Below, piece after piece: positions 9,794-18,046 of a DNA stretch of 64,000 nucleotides. This stretch comes from an uncultured bacterium (GTDB lineage: Bacteria; Bacillota_I; Bacilli_A; RFN20; CAG-826), in the NCBI GenBank assembly GCA_949297805.1, contig CASFTG010000003.1, positions 3,996 through 67,995 on the forward strand, in the 5' to 3' direction. The translations under genes and the position numbers were made by a program. A model generated the notes under the pieces. The model saw nothing but the letters and a program-made list of their open reading frames with translations. It ran no database searches and was not told the origin of the DNA. Within the stretch, counting starts at the first letter, position 1, and each line of letters opens with the position of its first letter.

Positions 9794-11518
9794 ATGCGGA
9801 ACGAACACCCCAAGCCCGATTTAGTCCACGAATCCGGATATTTGTCTTTGAATGGAAAATGGCAATTCGCCCTTGATGACGACGGATCATTCGCGAAAAG
9901 CGACTGGCTGGATATTGGTGTGGCCTTGCCACGGCAGATCGAGGTTCCTTTCGCTCCGGAATGTGCCCTCTCCGGCATCGCTGATCCTTCTTTCCATGAT
10001 CATTGCTATTACAAAACGGCGATTGAGATTAAGAAAAAAACGAATCGGTCCTATCGGCTGACGTTTCTGGCCGTCGACTATGAGACGACCGTTTACGTGA
10101 ATGGGCAGGAAGTTTGCCGCCATATCGGCGGGGCGACCTCTTGGAGCTGTTTGATTGAAGACTATTTACATGATGGTTCGAATGAAATCGCCGTCCACGC
10201 CTATGATCCAGGGCGCCGGAAAGATATCCCTCGGGGAAAACAATATTGGAAAGAAAAATCCGAGATTATCTGGTATACCCGAACCTCTGGCATTTATCGC
10301 AGCGTCTTCCTTGAGGAATTGCCTAAAGACCATATCATCCACTTGGCGATCAATGGTTCGTGGCTTAAAAAACAGGCGATAGTCAAAGCCGAGGTTACCG
10401 ATCCGAGCCATCCGTTGGTCTTGTCGCTAGTCAAAGACGGGAAAACCATTAACCAAGTCCAATTTAACCTTCAGAATAATGGGCAATATATTTGGGATTT
10501 AGCTGAGCCTGAGCTTGATCCGTGGTCGCCGGAGAAGCCGACCCTTTATGAAGTGGTGGCCCGATACCAGGATGACTTGGTCCGTACCCGGGTGGGGTTC
10601 CGCGACATTGAGATTGAAGAGGGTAAGGTCTTGCTTAACGGGCAACCGCTTTTCCAACGGCTAGTCTTGATCCAAGGATATTATCCGGGTGGGAATTTGA
10701 CACCTGAGACCAAAGAGGCATTCTTAAAGGATATCCGTTTGGCCAAAGCGTTAGGGTTCAATGGGGCCAGAATTCATCAAAAGACTATCGATCCCTGGTT
10801 TTATCATTACGCTGATGAAGAGGGGTTCCTATTGTGGGGCGAATCGCCGAGCTGTTTTGAATTTAGTCCTTCGGGATCGAAAGCCCTGTATGAGGAGTGG
10901 ACGGCGATCGTCAAAGAATCATTCGGCCATCCTTCGGTTATCGCTTATACGCCAAACAATGAGTCTTGGGGGATTGACGATATCTCCCGTTCGGCAGAGC
11001 AATTGGCGTTCTCGGAACTGATGTACCATCATCTTAAAGCAATCGATCCGACCCGGATGATCGTTTCAAACGATGGGTGGGAGAACCCGATGACCGATTT
11101 GGTTGGGGTCCATGACTATAGCGATGACAATGAGCCGAATTATTCGCGCTTTATCTCCCGCCTTAAATCGAAGGGGGCGATGGAATCCGATCCCCCGAAT
11201 TTCGACCGGCCGATTTTCGCGCCGGGCCGGGCCGATTTGAGCAAACCGTTCCTATTAACGGAATATGGTGGGATTTCCTATAACGCCTCGGGGCAAAAGG
11301 CGACATGGGGATATGGTAAACAAGAAAGTCAAAATGGCTTCCTTTCCCGTTATCGGAAAACCCAGGAAGCGGTGATCGCTTCGCCATATCTAGTCGGTTA
11401 TTGCTACACCCAGCTTTATGATGTCGAGCAGGAAAACAATGGGCTGTGCACTTTTGACCGAAAGCCTAAAGCGGATGTGGCTCTATTGAAGGACATCAAT
11501 CTTCTTTCCTCTGAATGA
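9794..11518 (+). CDS. Glycoside hydrolase family 2-like (beta-galactosidase/beta-mannosidase-type catalytic core), short form
   Basis: Sugar-binding sandwich (TTVYVNGQEVCRHIGGATSW). TIM-barrel motifs NGARIHQKTIDPWFYHYADEEGFLLWGE, acid/base NESWG and nucleophile LLTEYGG. Only 574 aa, so the C-terminal GH2 domains are missing. Confidence 0.7.
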   Translation: MRNEHPKPDLVHESGYLSLNGKWQFALDDDGSFAKSDWLDIGVALPRQIEVPFAPECALSGIADPSFHDHCYYKTAIEIKKKTNRSYRLTFLAVDYETTVYVNGQEVCRHIGGATSWSCLIEDYLHDGSNEIAVHAYDPGRRKDIPRGKQYWKEKSEIIWYTRTSGIYRSVFLEELPKDHIIHLAINGSWLKKQAIVKAEVTDPSHPLVLSLVKDGKTINQVQFNLQNNGQYIWDLAEPELDPWSPEKPTLYEVVARYQDDLVRTRVGFRDIEIEEGKVLLNGQPLFQRLVLIQGYYPGGNLTPETKEAFLKDIRLAKALGFNGARIHQKTIDPWFYHYADEEGFLLWGESPSCFEFSPSGSKALYEEWTAIVKESFGHPSVIAYTPNNESWGIDDISRSAEQLAFSELMYHHLKAIDPTRMIVSNDGWENPMTDLVGVHDYSDDNEPNYSRFISRLKSKGAMESDPPNFDRPIFAPGRADLSKPFLLTEYGGISYNASGQKATWGYGKQESQNGFLSRYRKTQEAVIASPYLVGYCYTQLYDVEQENNGLCTFDRKPKADVALLKDINLLSSE

Positions 11519-11599
11519 AAGAAACCGATAAAAATCCTTAGTGTTTTTCTTAAAAATCGAAACTATTCGGGAAAACATTGACGGTTGTTGTAAAATAAG

Positions 11600-12361
11600 G
11601 TGGCAATGAAACTCGTATCCATCGTCGCTGACTCGACGAAAAACCTATATTTTGCCTTAATGTCCGACAAATTGGTTTCGCTTTTGACTGGCGATGGATA
11701 TCTAGTGGTGTCGTATTTGTTAAACGGGAGCCGAACTTTATTCGAGGCTTTAACCGAAGGCAACGCCATCGGCATCAAAGAGTGTATTTCTTATCTTGAG
11801 CCAACCGAAAAAGACGTTGATTATGCGTTAAGCAATGGAATCAATCTCTACTTGGTCGGGCGTCGAAGCCGGTTCCCCTCGGTCCGTTCTGTTTATACCG
11901 ATGACGTCAAAGGTGGGCGGTTGGCCGCTGAGTTTTTAGTGGCCAAACAATGCGAGTCGTTCGTTTATGCCGGATTGCCTGGCAGCGAATGCTCGGTTCG
12001 ACGGGAGCAAGGATTTGCCCAATACCTTGAATTTAAGAATCGGGAGTATGAGATGGTACGAGTCGAGGATATCACCTTGTGCTTTTTGAAACGGAAGTTA
12101 GAAAAAGGGCGACTTGGAGTGTTCGTTTATTCCGATGAGGTTTTATTTAATCTGGTGCTGTTATTTAAGCGGTTCCGCATTCCCAAGGGCAAGATTGAGA
12201 TGATCGGTTATGACGGGGTAAGTCGTGATTTTGAATGTATCGGGAATTTCCCTTCGATTTGCTTTTCTTATGATGAGATTGCCCAATCGGTCCGGGATAT
12301 GGTGGAAGGGCGAACCAAGGAACGGGAGATCGTCCATAACGTTAGCCTTTATCGGGTGTAG
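11600..12361 (+). CDS. LacI-family-type periplasmic-binding-fold sugar-binding domain protein lacking the N-terminal HTH
   Basis: The 253 aa resemble the ligand-binding domain of LacI/GalR regulators (…SVYTDDVKGGRLAAEFLVAKQCESFVYAGLPG…REQGFAQYL…). The start is GTG 11600 or ATG 11606. An in-frame stop at 11591-11593 leaves no room for a DNA-binding domain. Confidence 0.5.
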   Translation: MAMKLVSIVADSTKNLYFALMSDKLVSLLTGDGYLVVSYLLNGSRTLFEALTEGNAIGIKECISYLEPTEKDVDYALSNGINLYLVGRRSRFPSVRSVYTDDVKGGRLAAEFLVAKQCESFVYAGLPGSECSVRREQGFAQYLEFKNREYEMVRVEDITLCFLKRKLEKGRLGVFVYSDEVLFNLVLLFKRFRIPKGKIEMIGYDGVSRDFECIGNFPSICFSYDEIAQSVRDMVEGRTKEREIVHNVSLYRV

Positions 12362-12821
12362 TGATACCGAGAGCATCTTAAGGCTGCGTTTCACTATTCT
12401 TTAATCCTTTTGATCGTCTTGATAAAACGGCTTGCCAAAGCCGATAAGGGATTGCCGATTTTTCAAAAATAAAAAGTGGACACCAGCATAATTATATCGC
12501 TCGAACATAGGGTGGTGCCCGCGGCTTTCCGACTTTAATGAAAGCTGATTTGAGATACATCTTCTCATTCCTGTTGACCCATCGGATATGGGGAGTCAAT
12601 GGAGGACAGACGATGTTAAAAGCAAACGGCTCATCTCCCGCGTATGGCTAATTCATTGATACAAAATCTACTCATACCATACCTAGAGCAAACTCCAGCA
12701 TATATCGTATGAATTCTGAAATATATCAGTGTACATCGATACTTTTTGTAAAAACTTCTTGTTGCCTAAATAGGAAGGGATGTTATAAACGAATAATAAT
12801 CACTCAGAAAGGAGCAGATAA

Positions 12822-14699
12822 ATGAAACCGAAAACAACCTTGTTCCCCTTATTGGCGGCCTTCGCTCTAGTTGGCCTTGCCGCCTGCGGGAACACCCCGA
12901 GTTCGTCGAGCTCGACCCCAGTGGCGCAATCGACTCCGGAGTCGACGCCAACCACCGCCCCGACTCCCGATTCCCCTTTGACCCCGATGCTAGAGGAACT
13001 AAAGGCTGGCTTTGCCTTGACCGGTATCATCGATGAGACCCAGGTCTGGACTTATAATGATGGGACCACCAGCAATACCCGGAACGCCCGGATCGTCGAA
13101 AGCGAAGCTATCGAAGGCTATGCCCATATCGAGAAGTATTCCGCTGCCTATGCCCAAGACGGCAATGACCCGGATGAGGTCTTGACCCCGAATAAACTCA
13201 ATCTTTCGTATGAGTATCGGTTTGCCGCCAATCCGGCGGCGGGGCAATTAAGCCAAGTCGAATTAGGGGCTGATAACCAACTCCGATACAACAACATCGT
13301 CGATAGCTCGACCAACGAGACCTTGGTTTGGGATGAGACCTTTGCCAATCCCTTTGCCTTGATGACCGCCGATATGTTCGAGGTTGATCCGAATGATGGT
13401 TCTCGTTATCACATGGATACCGACAATTATCTCTATGAACCGATCCTCCGGAGATTAGCCCACTATATATACGGGGAGCCAAACGACTATATCGTCGAGG
13501 AACTTGACCTTATCGTGAAGGATGGCCATATCGTCACCTATGAAGGGAACTTCGCCGATTATGATTACACTGGCTTCGTCTATACCTCGAAGATCAAATT
13601 CGAAGGGGATGTGGAGGCTTATGGGGCCGATGTCACCGAGGCTCCAAGCGTTGTCGATGGGGCTGAGATACCCGAGCTGAAGGCGGCCCTCGAATCGCTA
13701 AAAGGCCATAACTACACGGTGGTGACGGAAGAGATGAGCACCGATTGGGACGGCAATCCCGTCAGCACCTTCTATAAAGGGCTAAGCGATGGCGGCGACC
13801 ACATCCACCAATTGAATTACGTCGGCGATATCGAAGATAACGTCACGAGCGACCAATACCTCTATACCCAGCTTTCGGAAGAAGACAGCTGGGCCGAAGG
13901 CGGGATCGCCTACGATACCCAGATCGCGACCAACATCAAAGGGACTTGGTATGCCTTTGGTAGTCTAGTCGAGGATATGAAGCTGACCAGAGACCTATTG
14001 CCGAGCTTTGAGATCTCCACCGTCCTCTTTGAAGAAGGGGATGCAGAAGGGACTTATGTCTTAAAGAAGAACCTACCCGATTATTTCGTTGGCATTAGCA
14101 GTGGTCTCTATTCCCTCTTCACTGCGAACGATGCCGGAGCCTTGACCATCGATATCAATGATGATCGGGTTAAGTTCAGTTTGACCGCCGCGAGCAGCTA
14201 TGGCTCGAACGAGGTGACGACCTTCACCGATATTGGGACAACGACGATTGCTAATACCACGGTGGTTACGGATGATACTAACCTCACTAAATGGGAGGAC
14301 TACTTCGTTAACCAAGCGACGGTGGATTCGGTCTTAGCCGTTATCCCGAGCAATGTATTGAACTATGTCCCTTTGCCTAAGCTTCCGGATGGGGGATACG
14401 ACGGCAACCTCACCAGCGTGGGCGTCTATACCGATACCAACGTGGTCCAACTTCAGATTAGGCTGGATCAGTATGGGGATAACGTCGATGCTCAGTATGA
14501 GGATCTGTTGGTTCTTATCACGGCTGGACTCATTGAGAATGGGTTTGCCTTAACGAGCCTTGATCCGTGGTACGGATATACCTTTACGAAGGATGAGACC
14601 ATCAATGGTAAGGAGATGACCCTGACTATCTCGTTAGGGGCTAGCGGCAACTACTTCTTGGTCGACTTCGAACTAGCTGAGAAGACGGCTGAAGCCTAA
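12822..14699 (+). CDS. Lipoprotein, function unknown
   Basis: Signal peptide plus lipobox LAAC, then an S/T/P-rich linker. Total 625 aa. SD AAAGGAG lies upstream. A long 460-bp leader precedes it. Confidence 0.75.
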   Translation: MKPKTTLFPLLAAFALVGLAACGNTPSSSSSTPVAQSTPESTPTTAPTPDSPLTPMLEELKAGFALTGIIDETQVWTYNDGTTSNTRNARIVESEAIEGYAHIEKYSAAYAQDGNDPDEVLTPNKLNLSYEYRFAANPAAGQLSQVELGADNQLRYNNIVDSSTNETLVWDETFANPFALMTADMFEVDPNDGSRYHMDTDNYLYEPILRRLAHYIYGEPNDYIVEELDLIVKDGHIVTYEGNFADYDYTGFVYTSKIKFEGDVEAYGADVTEAPSVVDGAEIPELKAALESLKGHNYTVVTEEMSTDWDGNPVSTFYKGLSDGGDHIHQLNYVGDIEDNVTSDQYLYTQLSEEDSWAEGGIAYDTQIATNIKGTWYAFGSLVEDMKLTRDLLPSFEISTVLFEEGDAEGTYVLKKNLPDYFVGISSGLYSLFTANDAGALTIDINDDRVKFSLTAASSYGSNEVTTFTDIGTTTIANTTVVTDDTNLTKWEDYFVNQATVDSVLAVIPSNVLNYVPLPKLPDGGYDGNLTSVGVYTDTNVVQLQIRLDQYGDNVDAQYEDLLVLITAGLIENGFALTSLDPWYGYTFTKDETINGKEMTLTISLGASGNYFLVDFELAEKTAEA

Positions 14700-14706
14700 T
14701 TGATTA

Positions 14707-14743
14707 ACCACCGGTTGAAAGGGAACAGCCGGTGGTTTTTTTG
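14707..14743 (+). terminator. Rho-independent terminator downstream of the lipoprotein gene
   Basis: Hairpin CCACCGGTTG-aaagggaa-CAGCCGGTGG followed by TTTTTTT. Confidence 0.7.
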
Positions 14744-14848
14744 TATAGGTTTGTACAAAAGAACTGTTCGCTGGGCTTGGTTGCTTACAGTTATGCGATG
14801 AGTCGGTATGTTTGTTTGAAGGTACTCCAATGCCTTCAAGCGTATCTT

Positions 14849-15655
14849 CTAGTGGTTCGAATTCTTTGTTAGGAAATCACGGACCTTTGAATAGTTATCG
14901 ATTTCGATAGTTAATCCGAAGACAAAGGCCAACAAAACGTATATAACGGTAGTGTAGTAACGATACCGGCATTCGGACATCTTTTCGCCATTTTCCGTCC
15001 AATTTTTCCGTTCATTAAGCTTGTTGATCTTATCGATTACTAATGATGGGTGTTCCATGACATTATTCGAATCGAACTCATGTTGGTTGTAGTCCAGGAA
15101 TTTTAATGCCAAGGATTCGAAGTTTCGCTGAATATATTCCATGGTGTTGCAACCGTGGGTGGCCTCGTGATGTACGTTTAAAGGCGCTTTGTAGTCTTTC
15201 GTGAATGAGCGGAAAACTTTTTCTTGTCCGAGTATCGCTGCTTCATCGCCGATTACTTCAAAACAAGGCGAACTAATAAGGAGCAGGCCCTCCGACTCGT
15301 CGTTGAATTGCCCAAACATTGTTGACAAGTCTTCTTTATCATTGTGATCGACATCGAAAAGCAAAAATATTCCACGGAAATTCAATTGATTCAGATGAAA
15401 GAATCTTTCGATACTATCGGTGTTTTTATTGAACTTCGTGACGACATCATGAATTCGGCTCTGAGCGGATTGGGCGATGTAAATCGTTTTACCGGAGTCG
15501 TTGCTTAGTTGTTCGATTTGAAAGTCTTTAATCGAGTCAAAGCTAAATTTAGGAGTAATCCGCATCTTAAAGCCATATCGCTGAAAAACGGCTGATATAA
15601 CATTGACTTCTGCCTTTTCGCCTTCGACGATTAGCAGGTAACGGCTATTACTCAT
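14849..15655 (-). CDS. RloB-like (Toprim-like) protein, partner of the AAA_21 ATPase. Has an unusual C-terminal hydrophobic segment
   Basis: N-terminus YLLIVEGEKAEVN and a later LLFDVDHND match RloB-family hallmarks. Its ATG (15655-15653) overlaps the ATPase stop (ATGAGTAA). A predicted TM lies near the C-terminus (TTVIYVLLAFVFGLTIEI). The gene is AT-rich. Confidence 0.6.
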   Translation of the reverse strand: MSNSRYLLIVEGEKAEVNVISAVFQRYGFKMRITPKFSFDSIKDFQIEQLSNDSGKTIYIAQSAQSRIHDVVTKFNKNTDSIERFFHLNQLNFRGIFLLFDVDHNDKEDLSTMFGQFNDESEGLLLISSPCFEVIGDEAAILGQEKVFRSFTKDYKAPLNVHHEATHGCNTMEYIQRNFESLALKFLDYNQHEFDSNNVMEHPSLVIDKINKLNERKNWTENGEKMSECRYRYYTTVIYVLLAFVFGLTIEIDNYSKVRDFLTKNSNH

Positions 15656-16802
15656 CTGATTTCTTGATAGCCTCGTCGAACATTGAGCCTAGATACATTT
15701 TCTCGATGTTGTTGACTTCCCGAATATTGGGGTAAATGTTAGACAAGCGTAGGAGGGTTGAAAAACCGCGTTCCCATTTGGCGAAGTATATTTGATCGGG
15801 ACGGAGATAACGCATGGCGCTGGTGTTGTGACAGGAGAACACCAACTGGATTTTTTTGTCTCTCGCAACTTCAATGAAAGATTTAATGGTGGAAGGGTGA
15901 AGGGCGATATCGAGTTCGTCGATAAAGAAAACCGATTGTTGGGGCAACGACGTCAATATTGACAACAACAAGGAAGCGTTTCGCATTCCGTTGCTGATAA
16001 ACTGGAACCGTAGTTTCTCTTTGAAACCGTCATTGTCTTCGAGGACGATGTAATACTGATTGCCTAACAGTCCATTTGGCGACTTATTGTCTTTTTCGAT
16101 GGAATAGATTGGAAAATCATTGAACGTTGATAGGATCTTCTTTACGTTGCTAGATTGTTTAACAAGCAAATCGAAGATGTTTTGATTGAGGTAAAATTTA
16201 GAGGTAACGAATCCTCCTTGGTTGATTCGCGAGACATCGGCATGGACGAAGGAGGTTAGGTAAGAGAAAACGGTTTGAATTACTCCGTCGGTAATTTCGC
16301 TGCTGGCTAGTCGGCGAAGGAGCAATACCAATGGCGAATCATTTGGACTTAGGGTTCGCCTTTCCCCGTGGTAAAAGTAGTTTTGGCCTTTGCGCTCAAA
16401 CACGACGTCTTGGCCTTTGGCTAGCCGCTCGTGTGTAATGCCTTGGTTGGTAGAGGTGGCGACGATGTACTCAAATGTTGATTTGTCTAAATCGAATTGA
16501 ATGCTAATGGATCCAATTAAGCAGCTTGGATCCGGATTTTTCCTTGCGGTATATTGGCTAAAGAGCATGTCGTTGACCACGAAAGGGGCGAGTTGCTCGA
16601 CCGGATTGACCAATAGACTGATAAACTGGGCGATGGCGTTAAGGAAAGAGGATTTTCCCGATCCATTGTGACCATAGATGGCGACGGGGTTTACGGCATC
16701 GCCTAATATGTTTTCCCCTTCGTATTGGTAGTTGGCCTTGGTGAAATCCAAGGTTGCAACACCGATGGAGAAGATGTTACGAACAGTAATTTTCTTAAGC
16801 AT
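15648..16802 (-). CDS. AAA_21-type ATPase (RloA/abortive-infection-like ABC-fold ATPase)
   Basis: Walker A GHNGSGKSSFLNAI near the N-terminus and Walker B/D-loop FFIDELDIALHP near the C-terminus. The start is at 16802 (MLKKITVRNIFSI) with SD GAGGAAA 4 nt upstream. The longer frame from 16832 is probably not used. Confidence 0.7.
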   Translation of the reverse strand: MLKKITVRNIFSIGVATLDFTKANYQYEGENILGDAVNPVAIYGHNGSGKSSFLNAIAQFISLLVNPVEQLAPFVVNDMLFSQYTARKNPDPSCLIGSISIQFDLDKSTFEYIVATSTNQGITHERLAKGQDVVFERKGQNYFYHGERRTLSPNDSPLVLLLRRLASSEITDGVIQTVFSYLTSFVHADVSRINQGGFVTSKFYLNQNIFDLLVKQSSNVKKILSTFNDFPIYSIEKDNKSPNGLLGNQYYIVLEDNDGFKEKLRFQFISNGMRNASLLLSILTSLPQQSVFFIDELDIALHPSTIKSFIEVARDKKIQLVFSCHNTSAMRYLRPDQIYFAKWERGFSTLLRLSNIYPNIREVNNIEKMYLGSMFDEAIKKSDE

Positions 16803-17251
16803 AATTTCCTCGGTGTATATTTTATACAGCAAGGAAAATTAATACAAGGTGGCGCATTTCCGATTAGTATTTGCTAAAAATAAATTCTTAAAACTATGAG
16901 TTATGTCTTGACATTTATTGCGGGGGATATTTGTGAGTGTCTAAACTGAAGCGAAAATACGTTGATTTAAAGAGTTAAGTCCGTTTTAGAAGTCACGTCC
17001 TGCCCGACCCCTCGGTGCTATCGGATTAGGCTCGGCGTCAGCCTAACCTCGTCCGGCTTGATGAATCGGTACCTGTATAGGCCAGGTACCTTTTCAATGA
17101 GGAACGTTTTGGCCGAGATGCCTGGGCGGGTCAGGCTGAGTTTATTCCTGGGGTCGGAGCAGTAAAGCGGGACGGATTTTCAAAATAAATCGCCGATACC
17201 ATAATTTAGTCAATCAATGTATAGTTTTGTCGTGCCTAAAGGAAGAAAGCA

Positions 17252-18007
17252 ATGAACGATTATGGTTTAGTCAGCATCATCATGCCTTTGTATAACTATG
17301 GCCGGTTCCTTAATGCCGCCGTCGGGAGCGTCCTCTCTCAAACCTATATCAATTGGGAACTCATCATCGTCGACGATTGCTCGACCGACGATTCCTTTGA
17401 GGTTGCGGAAGAGCTATCCAAGAAAGATGAGAGGATACACGCTTATAGGCTGGAGAGAAATGGGGGAACCTCGGCGGCTAGGAACAAGGGGTTGGATTTA
17501 GCCAAGGGTGAGTTCGTGGCCTTCCTGGATTCAGATGATCAATATGATCCGACCTATTTGGAATCTCAGTTAGATTTGCTTATCAGTAACAACGCCGACA
17601 TCGCGGTTGCTAGTTATCGGCGCAAGGCGGCTCAGTCCACGACTGATTTCATCGTACCGGACGTCATCGACTTCAAGTCGATCCTTAAGGGCAATCCCAT
17701 GGCCCCGCTTGGTACCTTATACCGTTTCTCGAAGTTCAGGGATCTGCGGTTCCACTTGGATATGCGGAAGTGCGAGGATTACGTCTTTTTCCTGAACTTG
17801 TTCCAACTAGGGGCGGTCGCTGTTCCTAATAAAGCTGTCCTCGGGACCTTGAATATCCACGAGGATTCCAAATCCAAGAAGAAGCTGAAACTCATCAAAT
17901 GGCAATACCGGTCATACAAAGCCGTTGGCGTCAATTGGTTTATGCGCTGGTATTATCTATTCTGCTGGGGCGTTTACGGGATGAAGAAGTATCGGAACGT
18001 GAAGTAA
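17252..18007 (+). CDS. Glycosyltransferase family 2
   Basis: VSIIMPLYNYGRFLNAAVGSVLSQTY…IIVDDCSTDDS…FLDSDD (DXD). This is a GT-A fold signature. Confidence 0.85.
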   Translation: MNDYGLVSIIMPLYNYGRFLNAAVGSVLSQTYINWELIIVDDCSTDDSFEVAEELSKKDERIHAYRLERNGGTSAARNKGLDLAKGEFVAFLDSDDQYDPTYLESQLDLLISNNADIAVASYRRKAAQSTTDFIVPDVIDFKSILKGNPMAPLGTLYRFSKFRDLRFHLDMRKCEDYVFFLNLFQLGAVAVPNKAVLGTLNIHEDSKSKKKLKLIKWQYRSYKAVGVNWFMRWYYLFCWGVYGMKKYRNVK

Positions 18008-18046
18008 AAAAAGTTTGCGGCGAGTATCTCAAATTACGGATTAACT

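Noticed and set aside
16802-16832. Longer N-terminal extension (MLYKIYTEEIM…) of the AAA_21 ATPase in the ORF track
   Set aside because: It starts at a non-ATG codon. The internal ATG at 16802 has a GAGGAAA SD 4 nt upstream and gives the family-typical MLKKITVRNF… N-terminus.
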